Shown: positions 34,232 to 46,004 of the stretch, one piece after another | Layout of the letters: every line of letters starts with the position of its first letter | Numbering within the stretch: position 1 is the stretch's first letter | Assembly: GCF_001194135.2 (NCBI RefSeq) | Contig: NC_068990.1 | Span: forward strand, 50,075,306 to 50,121,309 | Source: Octopus bimaculoides | Lineage: Eukaryota | DNA length: 46,004 bases | Reading direction: 5' to 3' | Notes under the pieces: model-generated | The model's database searches: none | The model's input: the letters and a program-made list of their open reading frames with translations, nothing else | Told to the model about the DNA's origin: nothing | Made by a program: the position numbers and the translations under genes

Positions 34232-36356
34232 CTGAAAAGAAAAGAGAGAAATTTATTTCCCATAAATAGAACCAGTGATGTATTGTAAACACAAACAAGT
34301 TCATATATACTATATGTCAACAACAAGCATGTTATATACATGTGTAATACATACAACAGAGAAATAGCAGCAATCTCTCTCTCTCTCTTTCACACAAGCA
34401 ATTTCATAACCAACATACTAAAACCGAAACATGAAAGCAAGAAAATATCAACCACTATAGTTAACAACAACAACAACAACAACAACAATAATAAACTTGG
34501 TTACTGTGCAATAAAAGTGAAAAAATAAAAATGAGTGAAAGAAAAACGAAGGACTCATGTTGAGGCATTGCAAGGATGTAGGAGGATTAGAGACAAGAAG
34601 GAAGAGGCAGATGATTAATAATTTGGAATTATTATTTATTAGTTTTAAGAAATAATACAATGTGAAACTAAAGTAGCTGATAATTTAAATTTCTAACCAT
34701 TACAAATGAAAAAGGGAATGCTTTTTGTCTGATTAGAACATGAAAAAGCTGGGCAGGTGAAAAGATTACTTAAAAACAGGATGTAAAAGCAACTCATGAC
34801 AGTGGCATTTAAAAAGATTTAAATTTCTAAAAGGTTTTAAACTAAACTGGTGATATACTAATACTTAGAAGACTACAACTAGTTTAGACACTAAAACTTG
34901 CAAATCAAGTTTCAAGGAATTGCCAAACATATGAGCTTTTAAGAATTTTGCTGTAAAATTATTATTCTCCAGCCAATTAAGTAAATTGGAACGACAAACT
35001 ATTTTCAGATACATTTAAATAAAATTTTAAATGTATTTCAATTTGTAACTAGGGTGGGTGGATGAAATATTGATGGAGCTAATTTTAAGAATACTAGAAA
35101 ATATGGTGAAGCAAATATTTATAATAAAGACCTAAAGCAACAACAAAAATGGGAAAAAATGAATTAAAATAGAAAAAAAAAAAATTAAGATTGTTAAAAA
35201 AAATAGAAAAAAAGAAAAAAAAAACAAGAAAAGAATTGGGGAACATTTTAATAATAAAACCATGTGACACTGGATAAAATCAAGGTCACTATATTTAAGT
35301 TATTTTTGCTCATCAATCTTTAGTCACAATGCAATGACTAAAATAAAAATGCAGCCACCAGAGTTATCTGCAACAGCACCACCCACCACAGTTGTTTTAG
35401 TTTTATATTACTTGGGTAGAGCCAATCGATATTGATACTTTGGGAGTGATTGGTTTTACTTGCCTTTCTTCATATCACCATTATCATTATTATTATTGTT
35501 GTTGTTATTATTATTAATAATAGTATCATCATTAAGCACCACATCCATTATCATTAATTAACTATTACTGATGAAGCTAGTCATATGGAGGGTTGTAAAG
35601 CAGGATTCCATTTCATGAATAAGCCGTGACACAAAAGGCTATTAATGGCGAAACACAACCAAAACTCAGATATAAAGAACATCACAGCTGTCCAATGTAA
35701 GCTGTAAAACCACAGCCATCCAGTCTAAGCTGTTAATACCTCCACTATAATATACAACATAATACTTACTGATTTCTACCAGGTTTCATCTCATGACCAA
35801 TAAATAAGACTCATGAAGAGACTTAAGTACTAAATCTTAAAAGATCTTTCTTTTTCAAGTCATAATTACATCTAAAAATCCTTTTCACTGGTCTACCACC
35901 ACCACCACCACCACCACCACCATCATCTTCAAAATAATATACACTTAAGAAATAAATTTAAAAAAAATTATTGCAAAACGAAAGGTGGAAAATGTTAAAA
36001 AATACTGGAGTTAAAGCAAGTGTTAGGAGGAAATGCTAAAAAGCAAGCTTATATGGTGGCAAATACCAATGATCGGACTAAAGTGCCATCATAAACTTCC
36101 CAACAGAATTCAGAATTCATTAATCTCCACGATCATACGATGCCATTCATACACACAAATACACAGTAAGGTAGCTTACTAGAGCAGCAAGGCTTATTAA
36201 GTTTAGTAGAAGAGAGTTAAACAGACAAACCACTTCAACGTCTGCAGGCTATGTAACACTTCTCTACAGCTCACCCTAAGCATTAGTAACAAACAACTGC
36301 AAGTGGAGACTAGGCTGCTTGCAGCACAGAATTGCACATTACTTCATGCAACTGAC

Positions 36357-36530
36357 CTGTTGCAGGGGGTGGTGCAGCATCTGGGAATGAGGCTGATGGG
36401 TCACAAGGGGTACAAATGGAGTCCCATATGGAGTGGTGGGAGCACCCATTGGACCTGCCTGGGTTCCTGTAGCTAGCGGCAGGCTGAACGGGGGGGGAGT
36501 CCCCGTATGAAAGCCTTGTTTTTCAAAAGC
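36357..36530 (-). CDS. UBAP2L: UBAP2/UBAP2L-like exon: AFEKQGFHTGTPPPFSLPLATGTQAGPMGAPTTPYGTPFVPLVTHQPHSQMLHHPLQQ
   Basis: AG/GT flanks, 174 nt, phase 0-0. Matches family motifs F(D/E)KQGFH.GTP and HQQPHSQ.LHHHL.QD. Confidence 0.93.
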
Positions 36531-37399
36531 CTAAAAGTATAAAAAAAAAAAAAAGAAAGAAAAAGAAAGAAAAAGAAAAGAAAAGAAAAATTGGATAAAT
36601 ATTTTTTTCTTTCAATAATTAAACTGAAATATGGTTTAGAATCCACCCTAAAAGATTTTCTAGATTAAAACTGAAATTATTTTGAGAGAAAGTATTAAAG
36701 TTTATTTAATCATTGGTGTAGTAGCCATCATCTGGCTTACTGAGTTCATCCAGCCAATGTGCTGTCGTTCCGCTAAAACTTAAGTACGATAGATGAGAAA
36801 TATTTCCTGTTTTAGAGCATGCTGTCCTTGTTGCCACGGATACCAAAATATACTTTTAGGCACAAATTTAAATTAAGAGAGACACTAGCCCATGTCATGT
36901 CAACTTGGAAGACTATGAGAAAAAAAATACAGAGAAATATGTAAATACTACAGAATATCAAGAAAAAACAAACAAACAAGCAAATTAAAATACTAAATTA
37001 TATTTAGACATTTCAGCATAGTTGGTGTTTTTTTTTCTGTGAAAAGGTATATAAAAAAAAAGGTTGTTTTTAGTCATTAAATGTTGACAGAAGACAACTG
37101 GTAAGTTACATCTACAAAAAAAAAAAATTTTGTTCAATTCTGAGCTACCGTGTACATAGAATAATTTTGAATACGAAAGGGAGGGAATCTTTCACTTCTC
37201 TGCAAATATTTAGACCAAGCTGGCTTATTTGTACTAACAGTATCTAAATTTCCCTAAATGTTGGACAGTTCTCCTTCCATCCTTTACTTTACAATTTATT
37301 ATCTTCTGGCATTTATCTGTAACCATTCCCTCTAGAGATTGGTGTCTGCTGGGGCCCAGCCAACAGCCTAGATTTAAACCCTGCCCTCAAAGCTGGTGC

Positions 37400-38700
37400 C
37401 TCCCCATTATCCTTCACAACTCTCTACATACAGATGCTCCAAACAACCATCATCTCTTTTTCCTATCCAAACTCAACATATGCCAGGCCATGTCCGTATC
37501 TAATGTACTGTTTGATCACTGCTTCATTGTCATTACCCACCCCCATATTACATCACTTCTTGGATCCTATAATCTAGCTGATAGGTTGCAGTTCACTAGT
37601 TTTATGCAGCTTGTCAAGAGCAGTACATGTACTTCAGACCAACCTATCCTCTTAATCATGTCCCTTCCATATTCTAGACAATAAAAACTTGAACTCTCTG
37701 AGTCCCCTCATTACAGCAAGTCACCCTCACCAATAAACAGGATAGCGCTTGTCTAGTGCTACAACTATCTCTGTATGCCCTGCATAACCATCAAGCTCTC
37801 CCAAGTTCCAAATGCAACTGAACCATTTGGTCTCTGTGAAATCTTCCATTCCTTCACTTCTCAACCATGATGATTCTAAACAATACTCATGTAGAGAAAG
37901 CCCTCAGATTTGTTCCACAGTAAATCTCCTCCAAACTATCTCTTTTCATTCAATCAGACTTCACCACTACCATGCATACATTCACACTCGCTTGCAAAGT
38001 ATTACAGATCACTTCAAACCAATAAGTCTACTAGCGTTGACACAATTTCTTCAGTTATCCTCAATCTGTTTCAGAGCAAGCTCCATTCTTCCTCAAGCTC
38101 TTCAGTCTTTCTATACAAAGAGACATCTCAATCATTGGAAGTCTGTTACAATGTTCCATTCCCACAATCCCACAGTAATCAAAGCCAATGGAGACAGTCA
38201 TTAGAACTGACCATCACCAACACTTCAACCTCTTTCTGCTTAGGTCATTCATTAGCAGGCTCTCATTGTAGACGTATTTCATGAAAGTATTGCCCTCAAC
38301 AACAGAGCTTCTAAGAATCTCTGGTCAAAACTGTCCACCTATTGCTTCCCATATTGTTGCATGCCCTGACAGACCCATACTATCAAACTTAGGTGTGCAT
38401 CAGGGCCAGGCTTGCCTCCTCCCCCAACAACACTCATTCCAACACACACTTTGTTCTCCAGCTTTGCACACCCAAACACCATACACATGTAGCTTAAACA
38501 TTTTACACTATAAACACACACCCCAAAAACATTCTCCACTGGAGTCATGTCAAGCCATCTCCCTCATCAGCACCCCCCCCCCTAATTATTACCATACCAA
38601 CAAAATGTACCACCACTCTTCCCAAAGAGAAATGGCATATAACTATAACTTCTACAAGGCCTCAATGACACTTCAATTTAACAAATACTGTCCTTCCTGT
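37400..38700 (-). mobile_element. Old RTE LINE relic (RT tail region)
   Basis: Fragmentary minus-strand motifs (GVGDG..LSPL..ITV, GSE, IGW..HV) with many stops. Confidence 0.5.
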
Positions 38701-39361
38701 GCATGTCCAAAAAATACCTCAGCCCCCAGTGACTATTAACTTCTCTAAAATGGAATAACACTGCCAAATCTGGGATGACACTGTTACTGTCACACACACC
38801 TACATAGCTGAAATCACATGGGCACTTGACAAGTTAGCATAAAGTTATTAACATATCTCAAGTTCTAGGCCACTGGCATGCTGTTTTACCTTGTCCAAGA
38901 CTAACAGCTACATGGGCTCTATATCATAGAGCTGGTTCATTCAGCTCTCCACTTATCACCCAGTGTCCACCTTCCCCAACCTTCAAACCACTATATTAGT
39001 CCTTCCTCCATAAAATTCTACCATTTTCTGTGAAGGTCAGGCACAGCCCCTTTCTCCAGGTCAAATTCAGACAAAACGTTTGAAGAGATAATTATGCCAA
39101 TGCTGATTCCTATATAAAAAAAAACTAAGGATTGCAAAGCATTAGCTGATAACTGTAGTTATTAACACCAACAGATAACAATACTTTGGACAGTGAATAA
39201 AGATAATTTTAAATGAAAAGGTAAAAAAAAAAAAAAGAAAAAAAAGAAAAAAAAAAAGAAAAAGAGTAAAAATAAAGATTTTTCTTAAAAAACAAAATAG
39301 TGGTAAGAAAGAACCTAACTATATTTAAAAAAAAAATTATACAAAAATATCTAAAACTTAC

Positions 39362-39435
39362 TGGTCCATGAGATTTTCCGTAACCAGAACCTGGGATGTC
39401 AGCAGTTGATGCAGCTCCTGAACCAACACCACTTG
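39362..39435 (-). CDS. UBAP2L: UBAP2/UBAP2L-like exon: (T)SGVGSGAASTADIPGSGYGKSHGP
   Basis: Acceptor CTTTCTTTACAG, donor GTAAGT, phase 1-0. Resembles family GVSV..S.TG.PD..GSVY.KTQ. Confidence 0.88.
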
Positions 39436-39559
39436 CTGTAAAGAAAGTATTTAACAGAGAAATATGTTAATTTAAATAATGTACTATTGTTTACATTGGT
39501 TTTAAGCAATTTAGGATCTCTGAAAAGGAGAAAATTTTAAATGTTTCTTTATCTTTTAT

Positions 39560-39752
39560 TTAGAACACTGATGCTACAGCTAAAGCACCCAGTACACTTT
39601 CTGAAGTGGCTGACATTAGGAAGGGCATCCAACTGAAGAAACCATTCATGAACAGACAAACAATGGAACCTGGTGTGGCCCCTGACCATACCAGCTCAGG
39701 TCAAACTGTCCAATCCATGCCAGCAGGGGAAATGGATGTTAAATAATGATGA
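39560..39752 (+). mobile_element. RTE 3'-end repeat (family C)
   Basis: GTGGCTGACATTAGGAAGGGCATCCAACTG...GGATGTTAAATAATGATG. Confidence 0.72.
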
Positions 39753-40529
39753 ACATATCACTATTAAAAATCAATGCATGTATGACTGAATTTTCAAATT
39801 TATTTTTAATTGAAACTTTTTTGCACATCTGGATATGTTTTGGAAGAGATTAATTTAGCTGACCTGTAAATTTCATAATGGAAAATGAGCAAAAAAGGGT
39901 TAGGAAATCATTTTTATTGTTTGTCTCAGGTCTAATGTGACATCACTTCACAAAATATAAAAAATATAGTGATTTAAACTCTTCATTACCTATCAGCTTG
40001 GACAGTAGATACAACCTCTGATCATGTTACCATGAATCATGAGGTTTGAGAGGTGGGGAATAACAGGTAAAGTTCTTGTGTATCAGGTATACTCTTATTT
40101 TTAAGTTCTCTGTTATATTTACTCTTAATTTTTTAGGTTAAAGTCAGGAATAAAAGTGCATATTATGCATGAATAAATTTGATAATTCTGTAGTAGTCAA
40201 AATACCAGCCACCTGGCCCACAAATAGTAGCGTAAAAGTTAATTCTTAACACGCTCACCATCTCATTCCTCCAATGTCTATAAACAAGGAAATGACACTA
40301 CAATCATATGTTACAAATACATATGTAGTGATTCTTCAAAGGAACATGTATCTTACCTCACCAAAGATACCTAAACATAGTCAATATAATTAGCTCTATA
40401 TCACAACGAACCCACTGCATCTATACAAACCAGCATGTGTAGACTTGTGTTCATTTCACTGTTTGACAACCCATGTTGGTATTTTCCCGATAATCAAGAG
40501 TGTCAGTAAAAAGGGACCAACAGAATGAG

Positions 40530-41130
40530 ATCATCATCATTTAATGTCCCAGTTTCCATGCTGGTATGGGTTGTATAGTTCAAGAAGATGAGCCAGAGGA
40601 CTCACTAAGATCTATGTCTGCTTTGGCATGATTACAGCTGGATGCCCTTCCTAACACCAGCACCAGCACACGTTAAGTTGCCAAGTAGCTGAAAGACAGG
40701 ACACCCCAACTGTGCAGGGTATAGATTGGAGAAAGAAACTATGATAGAGGGAGAGGAGCAGGTGTTTTGCTGAAGAGGTGAATACATGGATTGCCTACTT
40801 GGAGAAAGAGAAGAAAGAAATGCAAGGTCCAGGTATGTGAATATAAGACAATAGGAAGTGCACTAAGTGAAAATAGTGCAACAGATATTAGAGATGGGGA
40901 ATGAGTTGGATGCAGTGTAGCAGGAAGGTTTGATAGTGCCTCCATTCTGCTGAGATGGATGGGTCTTCTCAAGCATAGCATAATGCCATTCATCTCAGTA
41001 CCCTGTCACCTCCTCTGAGAGGCTCAACATCTTGAGTTCAATCTTCACCACTTCACCTTATGTTTACTTAGGTAATCCACATGTTTCTGCACACATTTCT
41101 CTCCCACAATATCTCAATTTTGTCTGTTAC
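40530..41130 (-). mobile_element. RTE 3' end (family C) with ORF tail
   Basis: ATCATCATCATTTAATGTCC core. Minus-strand peptide GEVVKIELKMLSLSEE. Confidence 0.72.
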
Positions 41131-42265
41131 ATTACCTTTGCATTCTGGAAAACCTCATGCCTGTGGTTCATATGGTGTAAAACATTAGCAAACTCTCCTC
41201 TTGCTAATATTAGACCTGCTTCCTGGCTTCTCTTCCAGCTACCTGGTAAAGTTCTCTGCTGCCCCCATCTATCTACCTCCCTATTACACCACATCACCAT
41301 TGTCCTGGCTGGTATTTTGCACCAACCACAAATTTGGTAAGCAGCCATCAGTAGATTGTCAGGTACCATGTTTAAAAAAAGGTATTACTAGTATTGATTG
41401 GATTGACTAAACTCTTCAGTGGTGCCCCAGCATGGCCATAGTCTATAGATATACTCCATCATTAACTTACAATTTGGTGTCCTATCCGGGAAATGCTGTA
41501 AGGAACCAAATATATAGACACTTTATGGAGTTGTTTAATTGTGAATTACTATGAACTTTTTAAGTCTTTAGAATTAGAAATATCGTTTTTGAATAGTTTA
41601 CTTGATGTTACAAACATGAAGATAAATTAGAGGTTACACAGAACACTTGTCCCCCCACCCCCCAAAAAAAATTGAAAATCATACTTCAAAATACATGTGA
41701 CCACGAGAATTTAATATTCAGATCTTATTGATGGAAACCTTTAATTTGAGTAAAAATTATAAACACCAAAGTGTAATTGCTACAATGAGTGACAGTTCAG
41801 TCACAACAAATATGCTGACATTGACAATTGCTTCCTTCAAAATATTGAAATTATTTAATAACTCAGACATTAACACATTTATGTTAGCAAGACTGGAATA
41901 AACAAGACCCAAACAGGTAATAATTAAATAGATGGATCAACTCTATAATTCTTTAATGTCTCAAGATTTCACAGCGATCAAAAATATTTCTTATCTATTT
42001 CTGTTGCATCAACTAGTATGCACATGTATATTCAACAAATGAAGATTACACTAATTAACACCATCATGGTTTCATCTGTAACTTTGGCATAAGGCCAGCA
42101 GTTTTGAGAGAAGTGGGAAGTTGATTACATTGACTCCAGTACTTCATTGGTTCTTAAAACAGTTTTTAGAGTTTGTAGCATAAGAATCCACTGTTCTAAT
42201 ATTATCCTAGTTTCTTAATAAAAAGAAATTTAGGGTAGGTGCTGTAAAATGTTAAATTATCTTAC

Positions 42266-42362
42266 TTTTACCACCAGTATTGTATGCATGAGATCCATAA
42301 TTCTTTTGATACTGTGCAGTACCAGTATTTCCACCATGGGCAGTGTTTGTTACAGGTGGCAT
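42266..42362 (-). CDS. UBAP2L: UBAP2/UBAP2L-like exon: MPPVTNTAHGGNTGTAQYQKNYGSHAYNTGGK
   Basis: Acceptor TTTATTATTTCAG, donor GTAAGA, phase 0-1. Family motif YGSH.YNT. Confidence 0.9.
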
Positions 42363-43006
42363 CTGAAATAATAAACATGTACTTTTATACACACATATAA
42401 AAGGAAATGAGGTGCAATACATAAATTAATTGATTTTTAATAAGCAATCACAAGTGAGTTATAATCAATGTGCACTACAAAACTAGCCCAATAAAGAAAC
42501 CAGACATGATGTAATACAGAATATGGAAACAGCAGCAATTCAATGTTATTACAACCTAATGCTACCACATGATGTCTTTACAACTGTTAAAATACTGATT
42601 GATACTAAATTAACTGGGTGCAATTTTATTCTAATACCAGCATTTTGTCCCCTATCTATACATTAACAGTAAATCTTATGACTGACAACCAACTTATGTA
42701 CATTGTAAGAACTTTTCCAATTGAGAATAAATCATCGAAATTTTTAGTAAAAATACATTATATACAGCTTAATAAATAATTTATAAAAAGCTGTAACAAA
42801 AACCAGAAACTGAAATGTTAGAAGGTAGTTATAAAACTGAGAACAATTAAGAAAAAGTAACACCTGATTGAAAAGTTTAAATGTAAATAGATATTAGGAA
42901 CCCGAAATATATGACCTTATTTGGTTACTTACTCATTGAACATCTTAAATCTGAAAGCAATGTTGTTGAGTGGAGATGTAATAGGGAAAGTAATAATAAC
43001 ACTTAC

Positions 43007-43176
43007 TGCAAACATTGTGTGATATTGAAACCCTGCAGCTCCTGGCAACATGGAAGGATAGTAGTAAGGGTAATGAAGATTTATATAGGGTTGCTGGTGA
43101 GCTGACTGACTTGATTGTTGCTGTGTTGTTGGAATTGGAGATTGTGCTTCAACTCGGCTCAATTTGTTGTCAGTAG
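43007..43176 (-). CDS. UBAP2L: UBAP2/UBAP2L-like exon: (A)TDNKLSRVEAQSPIPTTQQQSSQSAHQQPYINLHYPYYYPSMLPGAAGFQYHTMFA
   Basis: Acceptor TTCCTCTCTCTAG, donor GTAAGT, phase 1-0. Corresponds to family D.TKF.R.DA.SP.P.TT...FQY...F. Confidence 0.92.
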
Positions 43177-43479
43177 CTAGAGAGAGGAATGTACTTGATA
43201 TAAGCATTATTACAGAAAGACAACATCTGGCCATGAGGTAATAAAACAATAAATACTAAACATCCCCTCTGTCTGTATCCTCTCTTAATCTCACCCTCTT
43301 GTTCCTTGAGTTTGCTCTAGCACCCCTAATGCTATCTTCAGCCATATGTATTTCCTTTATAGCAAGACACCTGTGCCTGTCCCTCTATAATATTTTAACC
43401 TTCCAACACGAGTCACCCACCTCCACCTTACCCGCTAATACTTCCTCTTAGCAGTGGCAGTTTTTTTCCTTTTCACTGT

Positions 43480-43693
43480 TCTGTTTTGTCTTGCAAAGTA
43501 CTTGGCCACCTCGTTAGCTCTGGTGGAATGAAAAAAGCATCCAGTGCAAGTGGTTGATGTTAGTAAGGGTATCAAGAAACCATGCCAAAGATGACACTGG
43601 AGCTCAATGCAGTCCTGCAGCGTGCCAGTTTCCTGTCAAACTATTCTGCCTATGGCAGCATGGCAAGCGGACATTGAATATGATGATGATGAT
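43480..43693 (+). mobile_element. RTE 3'-end repeat (family C)
   Basis: AAGAAACCATGCCAAAG...GGACATTGAATATGATGATGATG tail. Confidence 0.7.
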
Positions 43694-44541
43694 GTGACTG
43701 GCTATATCTCATTCCACCAGATATTTTAAGTATCTCAGCAGTAATTCCTAATGTAGTACCAGGGGCTTTCTGTAATTCCCTTGTCTATGACATTGCTGTC
43801 AACAAGAATGGCTGGATGCTCAGTTGGGTTCATATTAGGAAGACTCTTCTTTTACCATGTAGTCCCAACATTTAGTAGCCTTCCATAGTAACACTTACAC
43901 ACCTCTTTCTTTTTAGAATTACTAAGTGCATTATCCATCTTGATTCTCTCTGATACACTGTCTTGTAATCTGGAACACCTCATGCATGCCTCTGCTCCTC
44001 ACACTGTAGAACATTGGCAAACCTTTTCCTTTCTGCTTACTAAATAGCCATGTTCCCTAGTTTCTCTTATAGCTACATGGTTATAATTCTCTGCCGCCAT
44101 GTTTTATCACCCTACTACCTTTGATCTAACTAGAACTTTGCCCCAGCCACAGATCTGATCTGTAACCCTGAGTAAGGTGTTCTGTAAGAACTCCTGGTTG
44201 ACTTTTATGTTATGTGTATATTTCCTTCTCATCAAATGCTTCAATTAGAACACTTTTAAATCCCTGACTATGCATGTGTGTGTGATGAAAAAGGACCAAA
44301 AGAAGGTGAGTGCTGCCAAACTCATTCAAACAATGTAAGCTTGGGAGGGTGACAATTTACACACACAAATTTTATTCAATTATAAAAAGTCTAGCTATTC
44401 AAATTATATATCAAACATAACACTAGACAAATTTTGCACTTTCAGTTTGTTCATCACTTAACTATTGAATTACTGTTCTAAAACCTTTAAATAACCTAAA
44501 TTGATTTTGTTACATTAAGACATGCATCTTATATTACTTAC

Positions 44542-44635
44542 CAGAGTAACCTGGAACACTACCAAGAGTAGCTTGATCCCGACTGGTTAATGTGGTGGGC
44601 ACTGGAAAAGTTGCCATGTCATAGTAGTTACTCGC
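44542..44635 (-). CDS. UBAP2L: UBAP2/UBAP2L-like exon: ASNYYDMATFPVPTTLTSRDQATLGSVPGYS
   Basis: Acceptor TTTCTTATCCTGCAG, donor GTAAGT, phase 0-1. Matches family DYY...FP.PTT.LT.RD..L...PYS. Confidence 0.93.
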
Positions 44636-44776
44636 CTGCAGGATAAGAAAAATTGGTTTGTAATTACAGAGGGTAAAACACACACACAAGTATAACACAA
44701 TGGAAAATATGAGAAATGTCAACAAGGTAATTCATGTAATTACATTTAAAAGTGATGTGAACATAAAGATATTTAC

Positions 44777-44857
44777 CATTGGCATTCTTTGTTGAATCAT
44801 TTGCAGTTCATCATAGCTAGTAGTATACAAGGGTTGCTGAAGGCTCTGTGAAAGAGA
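44777..44857 (-). CDS. UBAP2L: UBAP2/UBAP2L-like exon: (SLSQ)SLQQPLYTTSYDELQMIQQRMPM; 5' boundary either 44857 or 44845
   Basis: Donor ATG|GTAAAT at 44776. Family motif YDDLQMLQ.R.P. Two in-frame acceptors. Upstream exons probably lie beyond the window. Confidence 0.88.
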
Positions 44858-45571
44858 CTGGGTAGGGGAGAAAAAAATGGGGTACATTAACATACCTTTC
44901 AGAATTTCTTTTTGGCAAGTAAATAAATAACCCAACATATAATGTGCAATGTTTAATATTCTGAAAATCAAACCATTACTGATGTAAAAAAGTTGGGGTC
45001 ATTTTCTAAAAAGTATCTAAATTGAACTCAGGCAAGATAAAATATTATTTTTGACAAATCTACATGAACAGTCTATCATAAAAACTTCATTTCAAACTAA
45101 AACCATGTATAGTTCTTAGGAACCAAAACAAACTACAAACCTGTTTTACAAGTCCTGAAGAACATGTCTTTTATGTAAAAGAAAATTCCATGTTAACATT
45201 AAGATAGAGATTATCTTGTATTAAGGTGAATGTCTCAAGGGTGGTGCTCCATCATCTGCACTATTATCATTACATTTGGTCAAACTATTTCTGACCATGA
45301 CTTATTAGGATTTTATGATCTCACTCACTTGCTTTACACTTGTGCTAAACGTTTCACCATAGTGCCCAATGTGTTGTTGAAACACATTGAACTGTTTTGG
45401 CTCTTGGTTTGGGGTCTTCCACCTATTACAGTGATTCCCTCACCTCATGCACTATGCATACCTCTTCACCCCTCCCCTTCTTGTCTTCCCCATAATCAGC
45501 AACTGTATCATCTTTACTACTCCTGCTACTTCACTGACTCCTACTTTTTTGCATACCCCTCTCATCCTTAA

Positions 45572-46004
45572 CCCTTTCTTTACTAACCTGGCCGAAAAAT
45601 TTTTTGGTTCATAATTTGAACCCAAATCTCGTTAGTACATTCGTTAAAAAAATGATTTCACTTTGCAAACAGTTGAGTTATTGTCTCCCACATTGTTTGG
45701 CGTGATATTTGAACCCAGTGAATTTTGGAAGATTTTTTTCCACATTTTTTGCGGCATTAATTTTTTTCAACTTTGAAGATGGAGAGGAGTTTCATGCTAT
45801 CAAGCAGTGATTTCGAATTTGAAGGTTTTTCAACAGAAGATATGGAGATATCGAAGAAAAGAATGAATGAGCTACAAAAGCACGTGGTGAACGATAATGA
45901 ATCGGATATTTCTGTATCCGAAACTGAAAGCAGCGACGGCGACAGCGAGGATGATTTTACATCAGAATAAGATTTTTAAAATATTTTTATTAACAATTTT
46001 TCTG
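45572..46004 (+). mobile_element. Left end of a piggyBac-like element (runs off the window)
   Basis: TTAA (45568-45571) followed by CCCTTT. A short, strongly acidic ORF (45779-45970, DISVSETESSDGDSEDD) is like piggyBac transposase N-termini. Confidence 0.6.

Noticed and set aside
34232-45500. Intronic snoRNAs, looked for because vertebrate UBAP2/UBAP2L introns host snoRNAs
   Set aside because: No convincing C/D box pair with terminal stem, and no H/ACA double hairpin, found by eye. An Infernal/Rfam scan would be needed to exclude them.
45230-45560. Minus-strand MGKTR... resembling a Tc1 transposase start
   Set aside because: Too degenerate to support a call, and no TIR was found.

Overview
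AT-rich, microsatellite-dense eukaryotic DNA. The SINE, RTE and PLE repeat types look like an octopus or other coleoid cephalopod (inference from repeat style, not verified). There are four N gaps: 3378-3527, 21393-22226, 23585-23821 and 33791-33800. Two minus-strand, intron-containing genes can be rebuilt by hand from GT-AG boundaries with consistent phases. The first is the 3' part of a UBAP2/UBAP2L (lingerer)-like gene, with seven coding exons between 44857 and 34130. The second is a TTC32-like TPR gene, with exons 18066-17912 and 10497-10340, a probable 22-nt exon at 18879-18858, and an unresolved first exon. Most of the rest is decayed mobile DNA: RTE LINEs, two hAT elements, two mariners, a Penelope GIY-YIG fragment, a probable non-autonomous Helitron, the start of a piggyBac-like element, tRNA-type SINEs, and an internally deleted Gypsy element with both LTRs, PBS and PPT. 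I found no clearly new multi-gene system. The best leads are a tRNA-Trp-complementary box plus hairpin beside the Gypsy PBS, candidate stop-containing cassette exons in the UBAP2-like gene, a Penelope fold-back, a minimal hammerhead-like motif, and a Helitron carrying an apparent intron and polyA signal. All alignments were done by eye.
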